Origin: Actinomycetes bacterium | Lineage (GTDB): Bacteria > Actinomycetota > Acidimicrobiia > Acidimicrobiales > JAMCPL01 | Assembly (NCBI GenBank): GCA_021841005.1 | Contig: JAKBVZ010000013.1 | Location: 9,364-73,363 of the forward strand | Direction: 5' to 3' | DNA: 64,000 nt | Shown: positions 40,614-50,822 of the stretch, one piece after another | Numbering within the stretch: position 1 is the stretch's first letter | Layout of the letters: every line of letters begins with the position of its first letter | Notes under the pieces: generated by a model | The model's database searches: none | Seen by the model: the letters and a program-made list of their open reading frames with translations, nothing else | What the model was told of the DNA's origin: nothing | Translations under genes and position numbers: made by a program

Positions 40614-41366
40614 TTGAAGAGATCCAAGTCACTCACGGGCAGGCACCTGCGTTCTCTCCGCCCAAAACTCTCTGGTAAGCAAATCATCGTGTACCTTGCC
40701 AATGTTGGCGATGATGTCATAGGAATCGACCCCTACAAGCACAGTATGATTCGACTACGAGATGATCATTATACGGGCAATCACATTTCACATATGGGCG
40801 GCAGCACTAGCTGGCAAGCTGGTATGTTGCCAGATGCCGAATCAGCTCCCACCCAGGAAGAGAAGCTGTTTGACGTCCTCTCGGGGATGCGTTCCACAGA
40901 AACAAGTGCCGAGGATCCAGCATTCCCAGACGCCATTGCCATTACCGGCACTCCCCAGCTGCACGGCTTCCTGGCAGCTCGATTCGCGCGGACGCTGCTG
41001 AAGGAGGTTGCGACTCCCCTCTCGAAGAACTTGCTCGGATTTCCGGGCTGGTCGGCACCATATTGGGATTTCAACGGGCAGTACCCGTCGGTCGCTCTAA
41101 TCAAGAAGGTAGACCACATATTACTGTTTCTACGGGACGACGGCTCATCGTGGGCAAGGCTGACTTCCAGGACGGTGGACACAATAATGCCGGTCTCCAG
41201 CAGAGATCTGCAACGCTCTCTCAGCATGAGCAAGAGCGGAACACTCCAAGCCAAGGAACTCGAGGAAGCAATAGGATTTCGCCCCTATTGCCTGCTGGTA
41301 GCCCTAGATGCACCACATGACGGCCATTGCTACAAGACTCTGGCAACGTTGATTCCCCGTCCTTGA
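40614..41366 (+). CDS. hypothetical protein
   Basis: 250-aa ORF with protein-like composition, unlike the S/P/R-rich antisense ORF. No recognisable motif. Start uncertain (TTG at 40614; the first ATG-encoded Met, MIRL, is at 40746). Confidence 0.4.
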   Translation: MKRSKSLTGRHLRSLRPKLSGKQIIVYLANVGDDVIGIDPYKHSMIRLRDDHYTGNHISHMGGSTSWQAGMLPDAESAPTQEEKLFDVLSGMRSTETSAEDPAFPDAIAITGTPQLHGFLAARFARTLLKEVATPLSKNLLGFPGWSAPYWDFNGQYPSVALIKKVDHILLFLRDDGSSWARLTSRTVDTIMPVSSRDLQRSLSMSKSGTLQAKELEEAIGFRPYCLLVALDAPHDGHCYKTLATLIPRP

Positions 41367-41463
41367 ACAGGATATCGTGACAAGCTTCATGCCGCGTCGT
41401 ACAATCCGACCACCGGTACGCCACTCCAAGAACAGCTCGTCCTGACGTCCTGACGTCCTGAGG

Positions 41464-41572
41464 CTTATGATACCTCTGGAAACACACACTGGCACTCTCA
41501 CTCTCTGACTGGCACTGTGGCTTCAGAGATGGAAGTAGAACTTATGACACCTCTGGAAACACACACCGGCAC
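41464..41572. repeat. 32-bp direct repeats (41464-41495, 41541-41572; 2 mismatches) flanking a 45-bp spacer
   Basis: CTTATGA(T/C)ACCTCTGGAAACACACAC(T/C)GGCAC occurs twice with a 77-bp period. Lies between the two convergent hypothetical genes. Confidence 0.85.
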
Positions 41573-41590
41573 GGCGGGCCTAGAGCGTGG

Positions 41591-42289
41591 CTACCCGCCT
41601 GGCCTCTTGAGCAATGCCCCCGATGCTAGGTCTTCGGCCATAGCCCACCCGCACACCACAATCCTATCGCCAGAAGCATGGTCTATCCCTCCAAAGAGCG
41701 ACATGATTTCACGATCTGGTTCCTCGCCTGTACGGCTCTTCCCCAGATTGAGCACCCCTGTAGTGGACCGACCACCGCAGTTCAACACGAAGTTCCTGTC
41801 ATCTATCTGGCCATCAGCACTGAACCGTCTTGCAATACGCCTAGCCCACGCTCTTTCCTCGCCAGTCGGCTTGTATCCAGGCCTTGGAACGACATCATTC
41901 AGACCGCCGAACACCGAGTATACGGCAGGAGAGATCGCCATCCCGCACACCAGTACATCCTCATCGGGAAAGGCCAGTACCGCCTTTCTGAAGTGCTCCG
42001 CCAGTAGCAAATCCACCGCCTTTGCAGACTTCCCGGTTCCGTCGCTATCGGCCACACCGATCAGCACCGCCGGTGTACCACCGATCCGCTCGAGGGTGAA
42101 AAAGGAATAAGCCCTCAACTTCGAGCCTTCCTTGACCGTACAGACCAGCACCCACTCGTCCCTCTGCTTGGAAAGAAACCCTATATCGAACAATCCAGCT
42201 CTTCCGCCTACCAGCTCAGCCATGGCTTCGAACTCCGAATCGCTCAGGATCGAACAATCTCTTGTGTCAACTTCAAATCCCATAACCAC
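41591..42289 (-). CDS. hypothetical protein (possible acyltransferase-like fold)
   Basis: 232-aa ORF with balanced composition. The overlapping plus-strand ORF 41517-42110 is S/P-rich and judged antisense noise. No diagnostic motif. Confidence 0.5.
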   Translation of the reverse strand: MVMGFEVDTRDCSILSDSEFEAMAELVGGRAGLFDIGFLSKQRDEWVLVCTVKEGSKLRAYSFFTLERIGGTPAVLIGVADSDGTGKSAKAVDLLLAEHFRKAVLAFPDEDVLVCGMAISPAVYSVFGGLNDVVPRPGYKPTGEERAWARRIARRFSADGQIDDRNFVLNCGGRSTTGVLNLGKSRTGEEPDREIMSLFGGIDHASGDRIVVCGWAMAEDLASGALLKRPGG

Positions 42290-42472
42290 TCTCCACTAAG
42301 TAGCTTATCACACCCCTAATACTCAGAACCAAGTCACCCGTCCAACTTGCGTGCTCCATCAGTCCTGACTTGCGTTGAGCAGCAGAACCCGGCCTCGGTT
42401 CGCGCCACCAGCCGTACCGGATACCTATGGACAGCGCTAGGCCGCCCGTTCGACCTGCGCCGGTGCATACAG

Positions 42473-45400
42473 TTAGGCCACCTTTATTGAATCACCGAAC
42501 AGTTCTCTGAGCTCAGCCAGCAGACCTCTCCTTGAATCGACTTTGACCGATGGCGGCAATCTGAACGTCCTCTCGCCGGCGGTAACCACCACCCTCTCTT
42601 CTCCAGGATAACCAGCCAACAGCTTCTGCAGTTGTTCCACCCTGGAACGATCCAAAAGTTCACCTGGAATGCTTATGTGCAGATCACGATCGGCGAGACG
42701 CAACTGTGGATCCGACAACGAGATCGCAATCACTTTCGGCTCATCATCACGAGTATCCAGCCGACCCTTGACCAGCAGTATCCTATCATCCACCACATCG
42801 ATCTGTGACGTCTCCAGCGCCTTGGAGAAAGCCGTCACCTCTATGGAAGCGGTGGTGTCATCAAGGATAAAAGTCATCATCAGGTCGCCTTTCTTGGTCC
42901 GCTTGGGTTTCGTGGAGGTAACGACACCACACAGTGTGACCGTCATACCTTCGCGTGCCTGCGCGAGGTCCTCATCACCGGTCAGGATAGGCAGGATCAA
43001 ATCAGCTATACTCATGCCGGCCGCCGCCCTTACCGCTCTCTCGAAACCATCCAGTGGATGCCCACTCACGTAAAGGCCAAGCATCTCCTTCTCGCGAGCC
43101 AGCTTTTCACTGATCCCCATCTCGACATCCGGTATCTCCATCGACTCGGGATCATAAGCGGCATCACCGCCCGCCCCGTTCTCCTCCAACATCGTGAAGA
43201 GAGTCATCACCCCCGCTTCCTCTTCCTTCCGCCTTTCGAGCACCTGCCTGGAGATAGCCTCTGCACTGTCTAGCAAGCCCTTTCGCCTGTGCCCAAGTGA
43301 GTCGAATCCACCCGCGAGGATCAACGACTGCAGCGGTTTCTGTCCCAGTACGGCTTGCGGCACTCTCGCACAGAAATCATAAAAATCCCGGAATGCACCA
43401 CCCCGATCACGCGTCTCGATGATCTTCTCTACAATAGAGGTACCTACGTTGCGTACGGCCGCCAACCCAAAGAGTATGCAGTCCTTTCCACCCTGATGCA
43501 GCGGGGTGAAGTCTACCTGAGACCGGTTGACATCGGGCACCAAGACCTCGATATTCATGGACTTGCACTCCGACAGGTAAACGGCGGTCTTGTCCTTATC
43601 GTCTCTCACTGATGACAACAAGGCACACATGTATTCCACTGGGTAATGTACCTTCAGCCAGGCATTCTGATATGCAATAAGCCCATAGCCATACGAGTGG
43701 GACTTGTTGAACGCATAATCGGCAAATGGCTCTATGATGTCAAACAGCTGGGTGCCAAGCTTCTCTCCGTAGCCGCTCTCCCTGCACCCGGAAACAAACT
43801 TGTCCCGTTCCTTGGCAATCAGGTCACGATCCTTCTTGCCACATGCCTTGCGCAAATTATCCGCCTCCGAGAGCGTGTAGCCGGCGAATCGCTGTGCCAC
43901 CCTCATCACTGACTCCTGATAGATCATCAAGCCGTAGGTATCTTTCAATATCGGTTCGAGGTCATCATGAAGGTACGTGATCGGAGCACGGCCATTTTTC
44001 CTCATCGCATAGTCACGATGCATATTGGCAGCCATAGGGCCAGGCCTGTAAAGAGCCACCAAGGCCGCGATGTCGTCGAAACAGGTAGGCTGTAGAGACC
44101 TCATCAAGCTACGCATCTGGCTACCTTCTAGCTGGAAAATACCTATGGAGTTGCCCTTGCATAGCATGGAATAGACCTCGGTGTCGTCCAATGGCACCTT
44201 GTCGATGTCGACTTTCTCTCCTGTGGCCTGCTCAATGATTTCAACGGCACGCGTGATCACGGAAAGATTGCGCAGACCCAGAAAGTCCATCTTCAAGAGC
44301 CCTAATCTCTCCACCCCGTGCATCTCGTACTGCGTGACCAAAGGAGCTTCCATCAAGTCCCTTCCCTGCTCAGGCTTACGCTGTACGGGTAGATATTCCA
44401 TAAGCGGCTCCCGGGTGATCACCACCGCCGCTGCATGTATGCTGTCCTGGCGACGCAATCCTTCCAGCCCGCGTGCGACGTCCACCACCTGCTTGACATC
44501 CTCGTCCGTCTCGTACATCTCTCGTAGATCACCCGCTACCCTGTACCCGTCCTCATAACCCGGCACATTTTCAAAACAGGCCTTTAGTGGCGTATCGCGG
44601 CCCATGACCAGGGGAGGCATCGCCTTTGCAATCTTGTCGCCCACTGCATATGGATATCCAAGCACCCTTGCAGCGTCCCTCACCGCAGCCCGGGCCTTTA
44701 TGGTGGAAAACGTTATTATCTGGGCAACATGGTCCTCTCCGTAACGCCTAGCGGCATAATTGATCATCTCGCCGCGATAACGTTCGTCAAAATCCATATC
44801 GATGTCGGGCATCTGCTTACGGCCAGGATTGAGAAACCGCTCGAACAGAAGATCGTAGCGAATGGGATCGAGCTCCACTATCCCAAGGCAATATGCCACG
44901 CAGCACCCCGCCGCCGACCCACGGCCCGGACCTACCCTGATGCCGGACTTCTTGGCATGGTCCACCAGGTCCGCCACAATCAGGAAATACGAGGAAAACC
45001 CCATCTGCGAGATCACAGACAATTCATAAGAAATGCGCTGCTTCACATGTTCCTCCAGCGGTGAACCGTACCGTTTCTCCGCTCCCTCGTAAGTGATCTG
45101 TTTCAAGTATGCATCACCACGATCCTTGTACGAGGCGCCTGGCATGGAGACGGTGATATGCTCAGGAAGAGGATACTCCGGCAATGCGTCATAACCGAAG
45201 TCGATTTCCACGTGAGTGCGTTCGGCGATCTCGATGGTGGTGTCGCATGCCTCAGGTAATTCCCGGAAGACATCACGCATCTCTTGATTCGTTTTCAGGT
45301 AATGCTCACTGCCTTCGAACTTGAGACGGCTTGGATCGTCTTTGGGCTTGCGCGTCTGTATGCAAAGCAGAGCATCATGAGCCAACGCGTCTTCCCTATG

Positions 45401-46084
45401 TATGTAGTGGCTGTCATTGGTAGCAACAAGCGGAGCGTCCAGTTTGCGGGCAAGGGTGACCAGGGCCGGCAATATACGGCGCTGATCGGCAATCCCATGG
45501 TCCTGTATCTCGACAAAAAAGTGATCTTTCCCGAAGATGTCCTGCAAACGTCCTGCCAGCTTCTCGGCCCTTTGGGTATCTTCTGCAATAAGCGCTTGTG
45601 GCACGAGCCCTCCCAAGCACGCTGTAGTGACGTTCAGGCCTTCGTGAAACGCTTCCAGTATTTCCCAATCGATCCGGGGCTTATAGTAGTAGCCACCGTC
45701 CACGGAACCATAAGAGGCTATCTTCATGAGATTTTTGTATCCGGCAGATGTCTCCGCCAAGACTATGAGATGGTAATAAACCTTGGAGCCCTTCTCCGAT
45801 TCACCACCCATGTCATCGTCCAGCCTGCCCCTGGCAACAGGCCGCTCGAAGCGGGATTCAGCGGCCATGTATGCCTCTAGGCCGATGATCGGTTTTATGC
45901 CCTTGTTCCTGCAGGCTTCGTAAAAGTCGAGAACCCCGTACATGTTACCGTGGTCGGTAATGGCGATTGCCGGCTGGCCATCCGTCAAGCATGCGTCGAC
46001 GAGATCGTCGATTCTGGACGCGCCATCAAGCATGGAAAACTCAGTGTGAGTATGCAGGTGAACAAATGGCTTCGTACCGCTCAA
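42473..46084 (-). CDS. dnaE: DNA polymerase III subunit alpha
   Basis: 1203 aa. PHP domain FVHLHTHTEFSMLDGA, and the PDIDMDF polymerase active site. C-terminal OB-fold region assigned from position and length only. Confidence 0.96.
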   Translation of the reverse strand: MSGTKPFVHLHTHTEFSMLDGASRIDDLVDACLTDGQPAIAITDHGNMYGVLDFYEACRNKGIKPIIGLEAYMAAESRFERPVARGRLDDDMGGESEKGSKVYYHLIVLAETSAGYKNLMKIASYGSVDGGYYYKPRIDWEILEAFHEGLNVTTACLGGLVPQALIAEDTQRAEKLAGRLQDIFGKDHFFVEIQDHGIADQRRILPALVTLARKLDAPLVATNDSHYIHREDALAHDALLCIQTRKPKDDPSRLKFEGSEHYLKTNQEMRDVFRELPEACDTTIEIAERTHVEIDFGYDALPEYPLPEHITVSMPGASYKDRGDAYLKQITYEGAEKRYGSPLEEHVKQRISYELSVISQMGFSSYFLIVADLVDHAKKSGIRVGPGRGSAAGCCVAYCLGIVELDPIRYDLLFERFLNPGRKQMPDIDMDFDERYRGEMINYAARRYGEDHVAQIITFSTIKARAAVRDAARVLGYPYAVGDKIAKAMPPLVMGRDTPLKACFENVPGYEDGYRVAGDLREMYETDEDVKQVVDVARGLEGLRRQDSIHAAAVVITREPLMEYLPVQRKPEQGRDLMEAPLVTQYEMHGVERLGLLKMDFLGLRNLSVITRAVEIIEQATGEKVDIDKVPLDDTEVYSMLCKGNSIGIFQLEGSQMRSLMRSLQPTCFDDIAALVALYRPGPMAANMHRDYAMRKNGRAPITYLHDDLEPILKDTYGLMIYQESVMRVAQRFAGYTLSEADNLRKACGKKDRDLIAKERDKFVSGCRESGYGEKLGTQLFDIIEPFADYAFNKSHSYGYGLIAYQNAWLKVHYPVEYMCALLSSVRDDKDKTAVYLSECKSMNIEVLVPDVNRSQVDFTPLHQGGKDCILFGLAAVRNVGTSIVEKIIETRDRGGAFRDFYDFCARVPQAVLGQKPLQSLILAGGFDSLGHRRKGLLDSAEAISRQVLERRKEEEAGVMTLFTMLEENGAGGDAAYDPESMEIPDVEMGISEKLAREKEMLGLYVSGHPLDGFERAVRAAAGMSIADLILPILTGDEDLAQAREGMTVTLCGVVTSTKPKRTKKGDLMMTFILDDTTASIEVTAFSKALETSQIDVVDDRILLVKGRLDTRDDEPKVIAISLSDPQLRLADRDLHISIPGELLDRSRVEQLQKLLAGYPGEERVVVTAGERTFRLPPSVKVDSRRGLLAELRELFGDSIKVA

Positions 46085-46199
46085 TATGGACCTCCTTCGT
46101 CACTAGTAGTTATGGCCACGCAGACCACGGAGCCGGTTCGCCGGTGGTCGCGGCCTATGGTTACAATCATTATCACAGCCCGCGTCCCGACGCATCCTC

Positions 46200-46305
46200 G
46201 GTCGTCACGCGACTCAATGCACCTCGCGCAATGGATCCGGACCCGGCCGAAACACCAAGACGTGGTTTTCGGTCGCGAAGCGACACGATGCACCTGGCGC
46301 AATAG
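46200..46305. repeat. duplication-insert locus F (diverged): 35-bp direct repeats (46200-46234, 46271-46305; about 27/35 identical) flanking a 36-bp insert with a different hairpin
   Basis: Period 71 bp. The insert ATCCGGACCCGGCCGAAACACCAAGACGTGGTTTTC forms CCGAAACAC/GTGGTTTTCGG. Lies in the dnaE upstream region. Confidence 0.6.
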
Positions 46306-46385
46306 CTGTTGAAGCTACAAAACGGACCGTATGGCTAGCGCACAGGTTCACAGATGATCAGTTAGGAGTCGGAATACGACAAAGG

Positions 46386-46943
46386 TCAGAGATAGGTGCC
46401 CGGTCTATGCGAAACCGTGTCCTGCATGCCAGAGGGCAACTCCCGGCTCCGCATCTCCTCCAGCTGAGCCCTAGCGGCCATCTGCTGGGCCACCAGTGTG
46501 GCCTGGATGCCATGAAAGAGCCCCTCCAGCCACCCCACAAGCTGGGCCTGAGCCACCCGAAGCTCAGCCTCCGAGGGTGCGGTCCCCTCGAAAGGTATGG
46601 ACAGCCGATCGAGTTCCTCGGAGAGCTCGGGACTCAGGGCTCCAGCCAGCTCAGCGACAGAGGTCTCATATATCTCCTTCATTCGCACCCTGCTGGCTTC
46701 GTCGAGCGGTGCCTGGCGTACCTCTTCCAGCAACTGCCTGACCATCATCCCGATTCTCATGACCTTGGCAGGCTGGCCTACCATCTCTGTGGCAGCCTGC
46801 TGATCATCGCCGCCACCGTTGTTGCCACCGTTGCCTGTATCGCTACCGCCACCCGTACCACCGTTGCCGGCGCCAGCGCCGCCTAGGACCGAACCGGTCT
46901 CGAGTATGCCCGAGCCGTCATCTGACCTCCCTGCCTGCTCCAT
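46386..46943 (-). CDS. bpa: bacterial proteasome activator Bpa/PafE
   Basis: Strong collinear similarity to mycobacterial Bpa as recalled (QPAKVMRIGMMVRQLLEEVRQAPLDEASR...AELRVAQAQLVGWLEGLFHGIQ...QQMAARAQLEEMR) and a C-terminal GTYL tail. Start set at MEQAG (46943), preceded by AAGGAG. The ORF is open to 47015. Confidence 0.8.
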   Translation of the reverse strand: MEQAGRSDDGSGILETGSVLGGAGAGNGGTGGGSDTGNGGNNGGGDDQQAATEMVGQPAKVMRIGMMVRQLLEEVRQAPLDEASRVRMKEIYETSVAELAGALSPELSEELDRLSIPFEGTAPSEAELRVAQAQLVGWLEGLFHGIQATLVAQQMAARAQLEEMRSRELPSGMQDTVSHRPGTYL

Positions 46944-47142
46944 ACTCTCCTTGCCGGAAGGGTTATCGATTGTCACGTATTTCCGTATCATGGCACCACT
47001 ATAGCAATGTAGCAATGTAATGCGCCTCCAGCGGGAATTACTGCAGGCATTCCGGCGTTGTATAGATACAGGAACGGTATACGGACTCTGGATGCAAGTA
47101 CGTCAGATGAACCGCAATAGTGAGGAGATAGTTACATAAAAG

Positions 47143-47985
47143 ATGAATACACAACATACGGGAACAGTAGACACAATGCACACTTTCCTAGAAACTCTTG
47201 ACCGATACCCTATGCCAACGGCCTACGAGCAAACCGAGTTAGCTCGTAAGGTGACTCTTGGTGATGAAGATGCACGGACCAAAATGGTCGAGGCAAATAT
47301 CAGGCTAGTGATCCACTGGGCACGAAGGTATCAGAACCGGGGCGTGGAGCTCGCAGATCTTATTCAAGAAGGCACTTTTGGTCTGATGAGAGCTGTAGAA
47401 AAATTCGACTTCACGCGAGGATTCAAATTTTCCACTTATGCCAGCTGGTGGATCCGCCAGTCCTTGCAGCGGGCGATACAAAGCCAGGCAAACGCTATCC
47501 GCCTTCCTATGGAGGTGGCGGAGCAGGCGCACAGAATCGAGAGGGCATCCTGGGATCTTACTGCAGGCGGCCAGGAAAAGCCATCCCTGGACCACCTGGC
47601 CATGGAAACCGGCCAGAGCGTCGAGCAAGTCAGCCGCTTCACCAGTTTGGCCAAAGTGGTTGCAAGTCTCGATCAGCCTACCGGAGAAGATACGGGAACT
47701 ACTATCGGCGATCTCCTGAAAGATAAGGAGTCGAGCGATTTCGAAGAGAGTGTAGAGATGCAAATCTTGTGCGATGAGATAAAGAAGGCAATCAAGAATC
47801 TCCCTGACCTTGAACAGCGCGTGATCACCCTGCGATTTGCGCTGGATGGAGGAAAGCCTGCATCACTGCAAAAGTGCGCACGTGAACTGGGTATGGGAGT
47901 CCGCCGCGTGAGGGCGCTCGAAGCTAGAGCTCTGCAGTCTTTAGCTACGTTACCTGCCCTGGCTGAGGCATACCGGGCCGCCTGA
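47143..47985 (+). CDS. RNA polymerase sigma-70 family factor (group 2/3-like)
   Basis: Region 2 [40 protein letters not shown]; regions 3 and 4 are present ([23 protein letters not shown]). Confidence 0.88.
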   Translation: MNTQHTGTVDTMHTFLETLDRYPMPTAYEQTELARKVTLGDEDARTKMVEANIRLVIHWARRYQNRGVELADLIQEGTFGLMRAVEKFDFTRGFKFSTYASWWIRQSLQRAIQSQANAIRLPMEVAEQAHRIERASWDLTAGGQEKPSLDHLAMETGQSVEQVSRFTSLAKVVASLDQPTGEDTGTTIGDLLKDKESSDFEESVEMQILCDEIKKAIKNLPDLEQRVITLRFALDGGKPASLQKCARELGMGVRRVRALEARALQSLATLPALAEAYRAA

Positions 47986-48007
47986 TCATCGCTCGCCCTT
48001 TGCCACG

Positions 48008-48760
48008 CTAGCTCTGCTCGGCCATGGACCACATGGTCCAGAGGGTCGTGCGCAAGCGTCTCGGCTGTTCCAGCACCGTTACGATCGCGTGAGCAACGTC
48101 TTCCGGGCGCAGTAATTCGTCCAGGGCCGGATCTCCTGCAGTCCGACCAAGACCGAGTGCGAACTCAGTACTTACACCTGCCGGGCAGATCGCACTTACA
48201 CGTATCCCCTTCTCGCGTAACTCCCTGTCGAGCGAACCAGCCAAGCCGACCTGAGCGAATTTCGTGGAGGCATACACAGCTTCATTGCCGCCACCACGCA
48301 AGCCTGCCACTGACGCAACGATGACTATGTCACCCCCGCCATGCCCGACAAAATGCCGTACAGCGGCCCGCACCGGCCAGACCGTTCCGGCTACATTGGT
48401 GACGATCATGTCTTCCAATAGATCGTCGGAATGATCCAAAATACTACCATACGCTCCAAATCCTGCGCTCGCCACCAGGCTGTCGCAGCGGCCGAATACC
48501 TGAACAGCCTTGCTCACCAGTCCCTGGGCTTGATCACGATCCTTGACATCGTAAGGATACGCCACCACGCCTTCCCCTCCAAACTCGGACACGAGCGATT
48601 CAAGGCGATCGGCCCTGCGCGCTGAAGCGACCACGCTCGCGCCAGAGCGTACAAGCAAACGGACGGTAGCCAGCCCTATGCCCGAACTTGCACCCGTCAC
48701 CACAGCCACAGTTCCATGTAGATCCCTTTTCTCTGGCAATCCTGATTGTTCAGAACTCAT
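48008..48760 (-). CDS. SDR family oxidoreductase
   Basis: TGASSGIG, an NAG-like segment, and the YASTK active-site motif. Confidence 0.88.
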   Translation of the reverse strand: MSSEQSGLPEKRDLHGTVAVVTGASSGIGLATVRLLVRSGASVVASARRADRLESLVSEFGGEGVVAYPYDVKDRDQAQGLVSKAVQVFGRCDSLVASAGFGAYGSILDHSDDLLEDMIVTNVAGTVWPVRAAVRHFVGHGGGDIVIVASVAGLRGGGNEAVYASTKFAQVGLAGSLDRELREKGIRVSAICPAGVSTEFALGLGRTAGDPALDELLRPEDVAHAIVTVLEQPRRLRTTLWTMWSMAEQS

Positions 48761-48935
48761 ATATCCACCTCATCTCCTTTATATCGAACTTTATATCGAA
48801 CTTCACGAAACAGCTCTATCCGAAACACCTCCGTGAGACCTGCCGGCAATGCAGGTTGAGCACGCCGCACCGCAATGCAGCGCATACGATATGGGCACAG
48901 CAAAATGTACCGTCATGCCTCTTGCCTGGTACGGC

Positions 48936-49952
48936 CTACTTGACATTCACGCCGCCACGAGCTTGCAATCCGGCCACTACAAGCACAAGAGCAACAAAGA
49001 TGTACTCCCATAAGGCGGGCAACCCGAGTAGGACAATAAGGTCGTTCACGATCCCTATGACGATGGCGCCTATAGCGGCGCCCACTACGGTTCCCCTGCC
49101 TCCCGTGAACGGGATGCCTCCGAGAATGACAGCCGCTATGGCCTCTAGAGACAGCCCCGTACCACTGTTCGGATAGATCGATTGTGCCCACGCAGTCATC
49201 ATCACGCCCGCAAGAGCTGCCAGAACGCCAGAAACGACAAACGCAAGTATCTTGAGTCGCGCCGTATTGAGGCCAACCACCCTGGCGGAAGTTTCGTTGG
49301 AACCTACCGACTTTATCCATGTCCCTAGAGGCGTGACGGATAACAGCAACTGCCCGAGTATCACGACGCCAAAACTGAGCAAAATAAGGCGCGACAGGCC
49401 AAAAGTTGACCCAGCTATGCTTCCGAATCCAAGAGCTCGCGTAGGCGTAACCGAAAAGGGGCTTATATAACTACCGTTGTTGATAAGGAGGGCCACACCT
49501 TCGAATCCCCAGTAACTTCCCAGCGTTACTATGAATGACGGGATCCTGCCTTTCGTGACAAGAAGTCCCACAAATACCCCGATGACAACACCTATAAGCA
49601 ACGTGAGCAGAACCGCCGGAATAGCAGGCATCCTCTGATAAATCGTGAAGAAGGCAGCCAGCATGCCGCTGGCGGCCAGCACGCTCTCCACTCCAAGGTC
49701 GATCATTCCCATCAGTATGACAAATGCTTCGCCAACGGTGATCACTACCAGAAAGCTGGACGATATGAGCAATGACTTGATGTTAGCGACAGTAAAAAAT
49801 GAATGAGATAGAAATGTGGATATGATCACCGTTACAATTAAGAATACGATCGGTCTCTTGACGCTACCGGCGCCTCCGAAGATCACCCTACCGGTATAAC
49901 GTAGCCTGTCACCATAGCTTGCAGGTCTTACAGTAGTAGCCAACGTACTCAT
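48936..49952 (-). CDS. sugar ABC transporter permease (RbsC/CUT2-type)
   Basis: 338-aa polytopic protein. Typical CUT2 permease pattern (IDLGVESV, GGIPFTGGRGTVVGA). Confidence 0.85.
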   Translation of the reverse strand: MSTLATTVRPASYGDRLRYTGRVIFGGAGSVKRPIVFLIVTVIISTFLSHSFFTVANIKSLLISSSFLVVITVGEAFVILMGMIDLGVESVLAASGMLAAFFTIYQRMPAIPAVLLTLLIGVVIGVFVGLLVTKGRIPSFIVTLGSYWGFEGVALLINNGSYISPFSVTPTRALGFGSIAGSTFGLSRLILLSFGVVILGQLLLSVTPLGTWIKSVGSNETSARVVGLNTARLKILAFVVSGVLAALAGVMMTAWAQSIYPNSGTGLSLEAIAAVILGGIPFTGGRGTVVGAAIGAIVIGIVNDLIVLLGLPALWEYIFVALVLVVAGLQARGGVNVK

Positions 49953-50822
49953 CTAAACTCCCTCTGATGTCTTCCCGTTTTCGCCGCCTGCTGCGCGGTA
50001 AACCGCACCCTCGAACATCATGCGCGCCAAGTCGGTCACGCTGATCTGATGATCGTTGTCCACGATCTGAGCAATCGCTCCACGGCTCAGGATGGCTATC
50101 CTGTCTGATACTTCCAAGATATCCTCCAAGCGATGGCTAACCAGTACGACCGCCTTGCCCAGCCTCTTGAGTCTGAGTACCAAATCCAGGACATCGCGTA
50201 CCTTGTTGAGCGATATGGCGGCCGTCGGCTCATCCATGAGCACTATGTCGCGCTCGAACAATAAGGCACGTGCAATGGCCACCACCTGCTGTTCACCACC
50301 GGAAAGGGCTCCCACGAGATCATCCGGCCTTATCTTGGATGCCAGCTCTTCAAGCACCTGAGTAGCACGATGCCTCATGGAGTGCTTGTCCAACAGTATC
50401 TTGAATCTCCTCTTCTCCTCGGCAAGGAAGAGGTTCTGCCAGACAGTAAGGTCCGGGGCCAAGTCCAAGTGCTGGTAGATCATTTCGATTTTCAGGGATT
50501 TGCGCGACGTCGAAGGCGAGGTGTGGGTAACCAGCTTCCCACGGTACCGGAAGACACCGCTGTCCGCATGGTTATATCCCGTCAGGAGGGACAACAGCGT
50601 GGATTTACCGGCTCCATTATCCCCCACCAAGCCGAGTACCTCGCCCTCATAGAAATCCAGGCTCACGTCATCCACCGCACGGACCGGACCGAAATTCTTC
50701 ACGAGATGTTCCACCGACAGCAACGGTGGAACTCCCTGATGGCCTGTAGCTTTACCGCCTGTGACTTCCGTCGGCATCTGGGCTAATTGCACCGCGATGT
50801 CTGGATCAGTCGCCATTTTCAT
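49953..50822 (-). CDS. sugar ABC transporter ATP-binding protein (single NBD)
   Basis: Walker A GDNGAGKST, signature LSGGEQQ, Walker B IVLMDEPT. Confidence 0.88.
   Translation of the reverse strand: MKMATDPDIAVQLAQMPTEVTGGKATGHQGVPPLLSVEHLVKNFGPVRAVDDVSLDFYEGEVLGLVGDNGAGKSTLLSLLTGYNHADSGVFRYRGKLVTHTSPSTSRKSLKIEMIYQHLDLAPDLTVWQNLFLAEEKRRFKILLDKHSMRHRATQVLEELASKIRPDDLVGALSGGEQQVVAIARALLFERDIVLMDEPTAAISLNKVRDVLDLVLRLKRLGKAVVLVSHRLEDILEVSDRIAILSRGAIAQIVDNDHQISVTDLARMMFEGAVYRAAGGENGKTSEGV

Noticed and set aside
1714-46305. The repeat-spacer-repeat units (A-F) could be read as mini CRISPR arrays, because repeat and spacer lengths are CRISPR-like.
   Set aside because: Each locus has only two repeat copies. 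The repeat sequence is locus-specific (it is the local gene sequence). In four cases the conserved part is the spacer. No cas genes or leader are in the window. I report them as insertion or duplication scars, not CRISPR arrays.
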